Shown here piece after piece: positions 39,301 through 50,710 of a stretch of 64,000 nt of DNA (position 1 is the first letter of the stretch; each line of letters starts with the position of its first letter). The notes below the pieces were generated by a model. The model made no database searches and was not told where the DNA came from. It saw only the letters and a program-made list of their open reading frames with translations. Position numbers and translations under genes: made by a program. The stretch is from Bigelowiella natans CCMP2755 (lineage: Eukaryota > Protista > Cercozoa), in contig ADNK01002630.1 in the NCBI GenBank assembly GCA_000320545.1, positions 1-64,000 of the forward strand, read 5' to 3'.

Positions 39301-42300
39301 TGCGCGATTTCCGGGATTTGCAGCGCGGGGAACTCCCCGATAATCCCCGTGATCTCCTTGATCTCCGCGACGCCGAAGTCGCAGCGCCGCAACCACCCGA
39401 CGACTGTCTGGCTGAGCCCCTGGTTGATCATAGAGCGGACCTCGTGGCGAGCGAGCAGCACGCGCAAGCTTTCAGTCGTTGGCGCGAACTCAACGAGGGT
39501 GTGGAGATAAGCCATGCCGATGCTCAGCAGCGCCTCGCCGGGTGTAATCCCCGTGTCCTCGGCGTCCGCCGGCCTCGCGGCGCGCTCCGCGCGCTCCTGC
39601 GCGAGGAATTGCGCGGCCGTCTGGAGGGTCTTGGCTGCCATCTGCACGATGGACTTCGTTTCCGCGGCGAAGGCCGTAGCGAGCTCCTGCATTCTCTTCC
39701 TCTTCTTTGTGCTGACCGCCTGGGGAAGGGGTTTGAGGCGGTCGGCGTGGGCGATTTCCTCTCCGTGCGCCCCTAGCGCGACCTTGTAAGTGCCGTCGCT
39801 GAGGACGTTGAGAACCAGCCCTTGGTAGTAGTACCTGCTGGTGAGGCTGCGGCACTTGAGGCTGTCTCCCCGCTTGAACCCTCGTTTACACCCCGCGTTC
39901 GCGGGGAAGGGGAGCTTCGGGAGCTTGCTGAAACGCCTCAGCACCGGCGCAATCTTGATCCAGCGGAAGTCGTTGACGTTGAGAAACCGCGCGGCGGCCT
40001 CCTGCAGCCCGGTCACTGACTTCTGGTACTGGTTTCCAAGCAGACCGGGTAGATCAAGAGCCCGCGCTAGATTCACGTCGAGGTTTTCGAGGACAAAAGC
40101 ACACCACGGCTCGGGCTCGAGGCGGAGGGCGACGTCCTCGTGGTAGACGTCCGTCCCCTTCCAGTGCGACACTTCCTTGGTTGAGTCCGTGCTCAGACCC
40201 AACGCACCCGGGATAACGAGGAGCGCCATCATGGCTCCGACGGGGGCGGGCTTGTCACCGATAAACTCCTTCAGCTTCTGCAGGCCGCTTGCTGTCAGCG
40301 TATCGCCGACTCCTCGCGAGACTTCCATATCGCCGAAGATTGCGCAGACGCGCGCCACGAAGGTTTTCGGCGTGACTAGCCCTCGGAGCACACCCTCGAA
40401 ATCGCCGATGATGCCGGCCTCGAGCGCCTCGCGCTGGGAGAGCGACTTGAAACCGTCGTAGAATTTCTTGTACTTTTTGTTCTTCTTGTTCGGGCGGAAG
40501 ATGGCGAAAAACTCCGCCTTCATCTTCTTCTCACGCCGCGGGTGGCCGCCCTCCTCCCACACCGCCTCACCTTGCGCCATAACGCACCGCCACTCGAAGA
40601 TGCCGGTTTTGCAGTTCTCGGTCTTTTTGAAGGGCAAGTCGATCGTCCCATGGTATTTCTTTGGATTGGCCCCGTCTTGCTGCAGTTTAAACTAATACAG
40701 ATAAGAGCAGCGACGGAGAGCACGGGGTGAGGAGGACCAGAGAACGGGGGTGCAGCATAACGCAAATTTGAGAATATATAATGTTAAAGGCCGAGAGTTT
40801 TTGGGAGTCTTTGTGAAAGACGTGAGAATAGAGGGCGGGGGAAACATTGTGTACTTTCTGCATAATCATCAGCATCGTCATCATCATTGCTGCATGCCGA
40901 CTTCTTTATTATCCTCACAAGCAAACTAACACTGGGAAATACTACTTCTAATACATAGACTCTCTTCTTCATCGTCGGTGAGCAAGACGATTTGCGACAT
41001 TTGCTAACATGCATATAATAAATAACAGTAACCAAAGGCAGCAGCCGGCAAGCTTAGAAGGACGGGACGATAACGACGAAAAAAGAGGAAAAAACCTTCA
41101 ATTCCTTCATCTCCCCCATCGTCGCTGGGGTTCCCTGTACATAAAGTGCACAGTCCTTGTGCTCCTGCATCCAGCTCGCGTCAATGATTACATGAAACGT
41201 CGCTTGATTCTTCGCCTCGGGGTCATTCGGCGTGTACGGCTTGAATTTCTCCACGTACTTTCCCACGTTCTCCTGGCGGACGTGCTGGCCTTTCAAGCCG
41301 TATATGGAGAAGCTTTCCCCCACGAGGCGCTTCCAGACGTAAGACCGGTACTCGGATTCGAGGTCTTGGACTGAACGGGTTTCATCGTTGGCATGATAAT
41401 TGTGAAGAAGGACCAAAAGAATAAGAAGAAGAAGAAGTGGTGGTAGGATGAGCAGGATGATGATGAAGGATAAAAAGAACAGCAAGAAGAAGAAGTAGTA
41501 GGATGAGCAGGATGATGATGATGATAATGCTACTGGCGGTATTGGTAGTACTCCCCTCATCAACCCCCCCCCCCAAAATACACCCTCTCTCCTTGGCTCT
41601 GGACAACAATACCGTAGTGCTGCCCGTCGTTTGGGTCAAATCGGTCTACTAGGCACTTTTTCCATTCGAAAGGTTCATCTGAGTAACAATAACACATATT
41701 CAATAATATCAACTCGTGATCGATCAATTGACGATAAGCGAGGCCGCACATAGCACAGCACATTCAACCCAGCGCAGCAGTAAACATCTTGAACATCCCC
41801 ATTACACCATACAAGTCGCTGTCATCATTTGGGGAAAACAATTGAGTACTCGTAATACTACTGCTACGTACGTACGTACCGCCGTCGCGCGACTCAAATA
41901 CAAGAGAGATCTCTTTCTTGTTAAGGAATTCGGGGTTGGTCTCGTCATATCCCCATTCACCCTCTGCATGTGCGTCAGGGTTTGGATCTGCCTTCAGCAC
42001 CTTCGCGTCGCCAAGGTCCATCTTGGGGCGAGCGATAATAGTTTCCCCCCACTGCCGGTTCGGATGAATAGTAGCGGGTATGAGAGGAGGAAGGGGGTGG
42101 GGCAAAGATATCGCATATGTGAGAGCTAAGCTAAAAGTCGTCACGCCAATGCTAGATTTATCTTCTCTGACTACTTTTTTTTTCTATAGGTTGACCATCA
42201 AGGAAACATGGCCACACAAAAAGCAGGAAAATCATGTGTGGAGTGAATCTTAGTTTTATTATCACCGTGTCGCCGCTCCCTCCTCGGAATTTTGAATGCA

Positions 42301-42825
42301 TTTTTTTGGTTTTCTCATCATATTGCAGTTTAATCTCTGCCCCATTGAAGAACTTACCTGCAATCACACGTTTAAAAGTTCATTTTCACGATAAAATAAC
42401 ATGTCTACAAGACCGATGCTGTTTTGCTTATGATATGCTACGGGATAGAAGAAAAGTGCGTCTTATATGAACTCTCACCAATCATCCAGCCTTCGGCCGG
42501 CTCCAAAGGAACATGGTCTGTTTTTTCTATGAAGTAATATCTACCCTGTTTCTTCTCCACGCGGTATCTAAGAAATATTTGCGGGCACTATTCAAATGGT
42601 GTGGGTTTTTAATAACAATAACATTGCTTACTCGGAGCGAGCATAGTAGCGCCAGGTCCCTTCCCACTGCTCGTTAGGCACTCCCGATGTCCTGGTAAGA
42701 GGAAGGTAATGTTTGATCGACAACAAAACTCGAAAGCCAGATTTACATATTAGACGAAAGCACTGATTCGTGTATTGCTTGCTTTTGCCGGATGGTGAAT
42801 ATGTTTTTGCTAAATTGCCTTACAT
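17536..42825 (-). CDS. RNF213: Giant RNF213/mysterin-like AAA+ ATPase-E3 ubiquitin ligase (~6,500 aa, ~25 exons) with U-box, WWE, Tudor-like, PDZ-like, UBA, ZnF-RanBP2 and PG-binding-like domains
   Basis: Ordered RNF213-family motifs: LPEPGEILFC, SNINGGGKT, IHLDV, CLFELLIVG, FFVEI, IMGETGCGKS, LNIHGG, VFLDEVNT, ICACNPYR, LVYRVHPLPESM, VSLRDVARC, IALNDALLENLFM, VGKPGTSKSLA, SYQCSPLST, LLDEVGLAEQSPHLPLKVLH, VGISNWALDPAKMNR, GLREFYS, RNFGG, YGSDFP, LYESLYDLLNQHY, PPLLNRFEKQ. The CTD reads YLPDVLRFQ, ISYDLE, GKPLV, LKHVASLW. ORFs 33471-40637, 32577-33185, 29209-32421, 27841-28908, 26555-27814 and 17536-20067 plus small exons join in frame at the GT-AG junctions I checked. The start is inferred. 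Confidence 0.93.
19560..19812 (-). other. Tandem peptidoglycan-binding-like (PG_binding_1-type) motifs within the RNF213-like protein
   Basis: DVKAMQTFVN...KLNVDGKLGPKTVEGLQAVL, followed by a second, degenerate KGELGGATMYMLHSFV; matches the VxxLQxxL...LxVDGxxGPxTxxAlxxfq pattern. Confidence 0.6.
19970..20125 (-). other. Tudor/SH3-like barrel domain
   Basis: FAAGERVGAQFRNEHGVFMGKIVRNNGDGTYSVQYDDGDVWKNAPGNRI. Confidence 0.8.
21391..21498 (-). other. UBA domain
   Basis: MAPQLTMMGIAEHHAVRGLMACNGDVGQAANWCFEN (MG[F/I]...A.RAL....GDV..A.NW pattern). Confidence 0.85.
22510..22960 (-). other. PDZ-like domain split by one intron
   Basis: LKVPSMEKYGIQFNRKGVIEQ|VDPKLQAQHKIQANLILVGVNGQLFDWTRQTEQFNQAKALKKPFFLTF (YGI loop, ILxxVNG, terminal LTF strand). 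Confidence 0.55.
25360..25560 (-). other. WWE domain
   Basis: HWEWKDGAGWKRYPFETNLQIEKG...VDFQVNSAKYKLDIQRMRQVNLQTMNPRHVR (W-W-E, YxID, MxQxNxxT..RxVR). Confidence 0.88.
27295..27465 (-). other. U-box domain
   Basis: DFRCPITLEEIKEPVVLQGDGKTYERTAIEDYLKDSDISPVTGEKLSSKTLVPD. Confidence 0.92.
29300..35660 (-). other. Dynein-like six-AAA core of the RNF213-like protein
   Basis: AAA2 has P-loop GGGKT with degenerate Walker B (IHLDV). AAA3 (GETGCGKS/VFLDE) and AAA4 (GKPGTSKS/VLLDE) are intact. AAA1, 5 and 6 are degenerate (e.g. LMLLTKNGAA, ELLTFTP). Confidence 0.88.
32420..32805 (-). other. Tudor-like domain inserted between AAA3 and AAA4
   Basis: FRIGQKVKAKYRNKKGNFYYGRISALNADGTYAVRFDDGDTDNK|VNPSSI. 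Confidence 0.8.
36123..36197 (-). other. RanBP2/NZF-type zinc finger
   Basis: WRCSSCRFKNKTFQKRCVMCGAPRP = W-x-C-x2-C-x3-N-x6-C-x2-C. Confidence 0.9.
39730..39880 (-). other. Tudor-like domain in the N-arm
   Basis: FKRGDSLKCRSLTSRYYYQGLVLNVLSDGTYKVALGAHGEEIAHADRLKP. Confidence 0.65.
40535..41220 (-). other. CBM20-like domain (N-arm), split by an intron
   Basis: ATFHVIID...ALYVQGTPATMGEMKELK|LQQDGANPKKYHGTIDLP...IFEWRCVMAQGEAVWEEGGHPRR, matching the CBM20 pattern (VTF, lyV.G, G.i.LP, FEYK, vWE...R). RNF213 is known to carry a CBM20-like N-arm domain. Confidence 0.65.
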
Positions 42826-43770
42826 TTTCAGACGAGGAGTTCGCGAACGTACGCTGTGCCTCTTCGAAGTAATGTATACGAGCGTAGACCTTGTTGCTAA
42901 AAGCAAGGATTATATAAGGCAATAAATTAAAATTTTGAGGAATTCAAATTCCCACACGAGCTGCATTGGAATGAGAGATAATAATCTTAGAATGATCTGA
43001 CATATGATACAGGAAGATGAATGGTGTGATGTGTGATGCACCACTTTTTTTGGTTCGGAACGGCTCGAGGAGCTAGTAGACAGGGTGGGGCCACCTTCTC
43101 GCCTCGCGTATTCTGCGCTGTCACAACTCACACAGAGACTATATCCTATTTTACTGTATTTTGGGATTATATACTTTGTCGTTTAATAAAAATGTATTGT
43201 AATTTGTCTTACTTATTGCTTCCGCCGGGGATCCTCTGAACCAAATCCTTCCAAGCTAAAGTCTTACCTCGCGCGTTCTGGGAAATAGGGTGCCGATCGC
43301 GATATTTCTTGGATCCGAAATCGTGCACAGAGACTGCAATTCAAGCAAAACGACAAAGTATTTGGAAGACGTAATGAGAAATTACACGCGCAACTGTGAA
43401 ATTGTGGTAATTTCCATTGGATTTCCGTCAAAGTTCAACTAATTCGTGATCAGTCGGCTCAGTCGGCTCCCCTTCTTTTCTCTCTCATCGGGAAGCTCTG
43501 CCCTGCCAAATTCGCGGAAATTATTTAAATACGACATGTAATTTTTATTGTCGCATTTGTTTTAATCATTAATTCACAAGTGTCCGTTTATACATGGCGT
43601 CATCATTTGTACCTTGTCTCATTTAAACTTTTGATCCATTCACTAATTAAAAAAAATACCCTATGAATGTATAGAGCGACATAAGTTGAGTGCTGACGCA
43701 TTAAGCTTCACATATCCTTTTTATTCCGTGGGCCGACACCGATCCGCCTACTCGCTCCTCGCGGGAGAGG

Positions 43771-44847
43771 ATGCGGGGGATATTTCTGGGGACACTTGTG
43801 TTGGCGTTTGCCATTCTTGGACTCTTTGAGAAGCTTGGGACTTTCAACAGTAGCCATGTGATTGATAACAATAACGTTTCCTCACTTCATTCGGCCGGTC
43901 GGCTACATGTGCTTTTCTTACACGTGTGTCTGTTTTGAATACGAGCAGGGGTTTCTCAGGAAGCAAGCGGCTAAAATTAAGTCGAAGTTGAGGAAAAATA
44001 TGCCTGGAGCACCAAAACGTTGATTCAGCGTTTTTTTTATTTAAATTTGTCCTCTGAGGGATCCTGACATCTCATTAATTGTCCTGAATCTCCACATGCT
44101 TTGCTTGCAGGCAATGGGAGGGTTGTCCGAAGATATGAACGAGGTGGCTTGAAGACAAGGTCAGTAGTGGTGAAAATTACAAAACGCTGAGGGCGCTATT
44201 CGCTGGTCGTCGCTTTCGATAACACCTCCTACCAATCCCCCCCTTTCAGGCATGAGGACAGCATGCTACACGAGCTTTGGGAGGCATCAAAGAAAAATAA
44301 GGTTCAGTATTCACTACAATACTCTAGAAATAGGATAATGGCAGTGGTATGATATTTTCGTATAAATACATAACAAAATATACACATTTAGCACTCCGTG
44401 TATGTGTGTGTGTGTATGTGTGTGTGTGTGTGTGTGTGTGCGTGTTCATATCGTACACCTTTGCTTGAGCCTCCCTGCGCAATGAGGATGGTCTAATTGC
44501 GCATTGGCCATTGTTCATTGTTCCTGCCTTCTGAATTGAATCAAAAGTTTACTATCTCCACAAAAGGCCAAACTGCCTCGGACATATAGTCTCCGCGACA
44601 TACTGAGAAAGGACCAGGAGGAGGAGGAGCTGCCTCCACGTAAGCTTAGCTGAAACTCGTGAATATACAATTTCATGCTCTCACCTGAAACTGGTAGATC
44701 AGTATTCACTCGGCTAAGATTTTTATATGGCAGCGATGGAATTGCCAAAGATGCCGCTGTGGAAGATAAAACCGAAACTTGAGTCCGAAATGCTGCTAAA
44801 TGTCACCCTCCTTGAAGGGTATAAAGTGAATTCGAATATCATGATTT

Positions 44848-44878
<31 letters not shown>

Positions 44879-45312
44879 CACATACACACACACACATAAA
44901 CACATACACTGACAGAAGCCTTTATTTCCTTAGCGATCGACTCCGCCGAGATGCATCGTTGGATGTATTTTGCCGCCGCGAACTAAAACTGGGGCCAAAG
45001 ACTTTCAAAAAGATTCGGGAGGTCAAATGTTATGCGGTCCATATCCATGCCCCATTTGAAATCAAATCCGTACATTCTCTTAACTGATCCCTCCCCCCCC
45101 CCACCCCCCCTCCCCCTGCCTCGTTGTTTCCGAACAGAAACATTATTTGGTGTGTCAAGCCTTCAACATCAAACAAAGGGGGCCTAAAGCTTCTGCATCT
45201 AATCCTGGCTATAGCAAGGTAATAGTGATGGCAATAGCCTTGATGTATGGGTGGGATTTTTGCTCAAGAGCGGGAAACTGCAGATATGTATATTATACAC
45301 ATATTATAAATA

Positions 45313-45352
<40 letters not shown>

Positions 45353-46952
45353 CATATGTAAATATTATATTCATATATAGATATTTCCTTGCCTTATTCC
45401 CCACTCGTTTGTCACGAAATTGATGGTACATCTATTTCCAGCTAATATATCATTTCGGCACTGTACTCGAATCCCGAGCCCTTCTGAGTCACCAATAAGA
45501 GGGGGGGGCGGGGAGGGCAGCAGAGAGGTGACGAGGATGGGGAGGAGTACATTCCTCAAGCATTTTTCATTTTTCCTAATTCTTTTTATTCTCACCACAC
45601 ACTGGCCAAAATGAATAGATTCTACGATTTCGATCACGGATTCTCCACGGTGGTTGGAAAGCACGTGAGCTCCGAGGTGAGGAGGGCACACAGAGCGACG
45701 ATATACCACATATGCGAGCAGCACTGATAGAAAACATTGCTGTAGCTAACAATTATTACTCTCGTCTTGAGAAATAACCCAAAAAATAGCCAAAAAGGAA
45801 GATCTTGCATATTCTCAAGCTTTGACTTGCGGTTCTTTGAATGAGGCCAAATGCTGGCGCGCGCGTCTTGTCACTGCACAACGATCGACGCTCCGTGTAG
45901 ATAGAGAAACACTGCTAAGAGTGTATTTTTCATCAGGCAATTCGCAACAAAATCAAAGACAAAATAAAGGTACGAATATATGCATATGTACATATATAAT
46001 ATAATATATATATATATATATATACACATTAAAATAAATGGCACAGCGTGGTTCGGTGCCTGCGTTACCTCGGAGCATGTATATCGTAGAATCAGACACT
46101 CTGTTGTGAAGAGGAAGAAAACAAGCCTTTTAGGAGTATTTCGCTCAAATGTTATTAGCAATGTATGCTACTGAAATCTCCCGACTCAAAATCCCTGAAC
46201 CATTCACAACACGCATGGGTAATATGCTCTTGTCGCCGGGAAAACGAAGAGAGTACCGTCCGAATCTCTACAATGACTACACTATCTATGACTGATCATT
46301 TGAGTTTGATGGAAGCTGCGTGCATTTGTCAGCTTGAGTTTCGATGGTTTCACCACAAACGCATCTTCCGACTCGAGACGGCCGCGCGCCAGGTGGTGGA
46401 ATACAACCCGTACTCGAAATGACATTTCCTTTTAAGTGCATTTGAATTAAACTGCGCTCGACGGGGCCGGTGGCCTGATAGAAGAAATCCTTTTTTTTTT
46501 CATATTTTTTTAATAATTTGTCCGAAGCTACAACGCGCGCTACGATATGAAATGAGCAGTTTGGCGTTTACACAAATCCCATTACGCAGAGAGCACTCGA
46601 AGCAGCAAAACACCAATATGCAAAGAAACTTCAAGTTCGGTTGGAAAAAGGTCTACTTTGCCCCCCCCCCCCCCCCCCCTTCTCTCTCTCTCTCTTCTTC
46701 TCATTGCCTCTGTCTATTTTTCTCTTCGTCGCTTACATTCTTCCCTGCGGTCTCTTCGTGCTCTCTACTTCCGCACTTGCAGTGAAAGAGAAGCAAAACG
46801 CGATCCAAAAGGTGATGAGAAAGGCGCTCTCGACGGGCAGAAGTGACGGAGAGAACACAGATGAGGATGACGATGACGAGACTGAAGAGGAACCCAAATT
46901 TAGTAGCGAAAGCGATTATGGACCGGACGGTGTTGGTGACGATGAAGATTGA
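43771..46952 (+). CDS. Unknown multi-exon protein with N-terminal signal peptide, basic leader and acidic C-terminal tail
   Basis: MRGIFLGTLVLAFAILGLFEKLGTFNSSH|GFLRKQAAKIKSKLRKNMPGAPK|RNGRVVRRYERGGLKT|RHEDSMLHELWEASKKNK|AKLPRTYSLRDILRKDQEEEELPP|PMELPKMPLWKIKP... splices in frame over at least 8 exons and ends ...ENTDEDDDDETEEEPKFSSESDYGPDGVGDDED*. Middle exons (45440-46400) are uncertain. Confidence 0.65.
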
Positions 46953-46959
46953 TTGGGTG

Positions 46960-47830
46960 TCAATCGCGCAAAAGCTTGCCTACACGTTTCCGCCCTAGCA
47001 CATTAGAGATGATGATGGGCATACAAAATATGATATATATATAATATATATCATATTCTAGATATTACTGTAGTGTCTATTATGATGTCACGAATTTCGA
47101 TGCTCTGTGTGATGGATCCCAATCATTTTCTGGGTGCAATCGCATGCGGGGATGCGTTGTTAGCACCTCGCCAAGCTACAATGTCGAGCTATGAGCTGAC
47201 GCTCTGCGATTGTTTCAGTCTAGCTGTGTCTCGATCCATCCTAGTCGCATTCTTTAGATGTACATCTGTGCAAATTGCGCACCCTTTTTTTGCTAGATTG
47301 TGGCACAGTGCTTGCGCCATCACAGTATTGGTTTGAGTGGATCTCCAGGTATGATGGCTTGACGCGTAGCAAGCACTCTAGACAGAGTCGAACATGCGTT
47401 TGCATTCGTCAAAGAAAGCTTGCGCGCAGACATGTTAGATGCCATGCACGATTTGCGCACCGCGCTAACGTCCCATATATGCTTTTTGCACGCAACACCA
47501 TCCACGAGTTCATTTGTTGAAACATCGATCGATGTTGCCGACTAACACCCGCGACACCCTAGTGCAGATTGAGATAAACACGAAGTGTCGTGCGAGCGCA
47601 CGTCGTTTTTCTTTTCACTTGCATGGGCCTAGAGCTATGGAGACCATGCTAGCATGTGGATGTTCATCAACCATCACCAGAAGTGATGCCGTGTTGAACA
47701 TGGATCTCGCATTGATGGTTGCAATGGTTGCAAAAACAACGCGCACATCTAGACATGCCACTGCGCCAGTTTAAATTGAGGACTTTCTCTAGTGCGCACG
47801 GCTCCATGCGTTGAGAGACGTATACATTTG
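46960..47830. other. CTAG/CATG/TGCA-rich intergenic tract 4 (between convergent genes)
   Basis: Dense ctag/catg/tgca words between the stop at 46952 (+) and the stop at 47923 (-). Confidence 0.75.
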
Positions 47831-47922
47831 CATCATGAATGGCGAAGGACACGCTTTGTCCGCACACTTGTAATAGGCGTTCTTAAATCTTGCCATCATT
47901 GGATTAGCAACCAAGTCCAAAT

Positions 47923-48425
47923 CTATCCTACTCTCGAGGAACGAGAGAAGACCAGCTTTCGCATGAGAAATCGTCTCCCAGCACGAGCTGGAACTTCAAC
48001 CAGGCCATGTAAGACAAACGATGATACGAAGGTAAACGTTAATAGAATGCCGCATGACACAGAGAAATGCACGTGGGCCATGAGGATGCTGTCGGTGGGA
48101 GGGAAGATCCAGTTCTGTGGAATAAATATGAGCAGGAAATCACAATAGTAAGTACGTACGCAATTCGCTCGTCTTCAATCTACACAAGCAACGAAACGCA
48201 TTCTTGCACATACAGACAATTCTGTCGATTTTGAATCATTTAGCAGCAGCAGCAGCATTTAACGCAGGTTCAATCCCGCAGGGAGGAGTCACTTGTTTTC
48301 TTCGTTGAAATGCAGTAAAACTCGAATGCACTGCCAGATTTAAGTTGCGAGATATACATCTCTCCAAAAGGCCATGCGTTAAATTAAGCCGCAATTATGT
48401 AACTCATATATACACGCGCGCGCGC

Positions 48426-48459
<34 letters not shown>

Positions 48460-49958
48460 ACACGCACGCACGCACGCATAAATATCTACCCAACCTACAC
48501 ATACAAAATGCACAAATAAATGCTTCGAGAGGTTTTGCTTCGGAAACACAAGCATCACCACGTATTGACATACCCTCACAGGAGTAAGGCCCCACCCCTC
48601 TGGGGCAAGAAGAATCGGTAGCGTCACAGACTGAATGAAGAGAGAAACACATCCCCTTAACACGAGAATCATTTCTTAAAGAGCTCAAACCATACGACGT
48701 AACCGCAATTTTGCCCCAGCTAATTCGTCCTAGCTAGCAACCCCTCCATCCACGATTTCATCAAAACCTCATCATTGCCCACTGCTGAGCGTGCAATACA
48801 TGGTTCGTCTGAGCTCACGCGCTCATTGGGGGCGGAGTCGAAGGGAATATACTTCGTGGAATGGATGGAAACATCTCTCTACCCTAATAATACCTGGATA
48901 AGGAAGGTCGTATAGCTGAGCTCGGCCAGCACTCGCACCGTCTTCAAGGACCACGGTGTGGCGGGTGAAACACAGCAGCGGTGCGCAGACACGGTACAAT
49001 CCAACATCAAATCAAACGCTCAAACGGTTTTTTTTTTTAATGGGGGGAAAAAATTTAAAAAAATAAAATCGTTAGTTTGCAGCCGCATGCACAAAAAAAA
49101 CAATCCGTTCTCCCAGGCCAGGCGCTCTCTCCGGAGCTATGCTTCGGAGCATGCACTCTTTCCCCCATCCGTTCACCCAAAAACACCAAAGCAAAAAACC
49201 AAAAGTAGGCAACAACACCTTTGAAGTCAAAATGGCCGTCATCGCCCTTTGGCCGGTGTTCTGCGGAGAGAGATCGCGCTGCTGGCCGACCCAAAACACA
49301 ATCGCTCGCGCAATTGCAAAGGAAAACAACGGGGGAACAAGCACCTTTGGGGAAGCGGGCGAGAGGGAGACGAAGAAACACAAATCAGAAAAGCACAAGA
49401 TGAGCGTCTCGCCTTTTACTCATATGATTTTCACATAGGATAATGCCACCTCCTCCTCCTCCTCCTCCTCCTCCTCAAACATCACGCAACGTCATTTAAG
49501 GTAGAAAGCTGTGTTGTCCTTCCATCGGCCATATTAGCGACGAGTATGTGTGAGCGCATTTGTGGAGGAAGAACAAGAAGGCGTAGAGAACAACGAAGAA
49601 GAAGAGGAAGAAGTAGAAGAAGAAACACAGGCTCGTTACTGGGGGAAACAATGTCAAGCTCGTTGACCTCAATTATCTTGGTGAGAAAAGGCTCATCCTC
49701 CTCTAACGCTTTCCCCCAAGGTTGGCCTAAGGACAGCATATATCACTGTATACTGACGTATTAATATATTTATAGTCATGGCTTATAATATCAGCTGCGC
49801 TTTATGCTTGCCTCTGCTCGGCGTCCAAGGCTGCAGTGCATACGTTCCAAGCACCACGAGCGCCGCAAACGCCAAACTCAACCTGTTTTATACGAAGCAG
49901 CAACAAAGTCGAGCGGCGTCAATGCGAGCTCACAATTACTAAATACGCGCTCACAAGC

Positions 49959-49995
<37 letters not shown>

Positions 49996-50666
49996 TATTT
50001 TATATCCACTCTCCTCAGCAGCGTCAATGCATTTATGGCGAGTATGCCCTTGCTATCTACATGACAAAAACCGCATCTTTCATGCTGCGACATCGTTAGC
50101 ATACCGATGAAACATGATAGCGACCACGGTAGGATGAAAGCGGCTCTGCTGCTGCTGCTGCTGCTGCTGCTTGGTTACACGTGACTCCTTCTGCGAAGTA
50201 GACGAGAGGTCTTGCAATGGCAGCTCGTGCTTCAAGACGTAATCCCCTCCTTCAATCGCCTAAGTGGGATCATGGGGGAGGAGATGAGGAATTGTCTATA
50301 TGAGTCTTGTCGGAGAGGGAAAAGGGGAGGTGACACACGATACATGCTTCCTAACGAGGCTCTCCCCCCGCCCCCCTTCTCCATAGCAGGTTCCAACCAA
50401 AAGCAAAGCTGCTATTTGGTTCCCCGCGGGGACGCGGCCCAACCCCCTCCGTGAGTAGGAGCAAAAACAAAAGGAGGAAATGGAAAGGAATAACCAAGCC
50501 GGCACTAATCAATCGACTCAGGACGAAGGCGCGTTGTAACTACCATGCAGGCCCATATGCCGGCTATGTAAGGGCTCAAGTGCGTGGCCAAGCTATTCGC
50601 GTACCAGATCGGCTTTTCGAGATAAAACGCACTGGGTAGACGAACACAAAATAATAATAACATCGG

Positions 50667-50710
<44 letters not shown>

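Noticed and set aside
17536-40637. Treating the 843-, 419-, 355-, 1070-, 202- and 2388-aa ORFs as an operon-like cluster of separate genes
   Set aside because: They join in frame at GT-AG junctions and follow RNF213 motif order, so they are best read as one gene.
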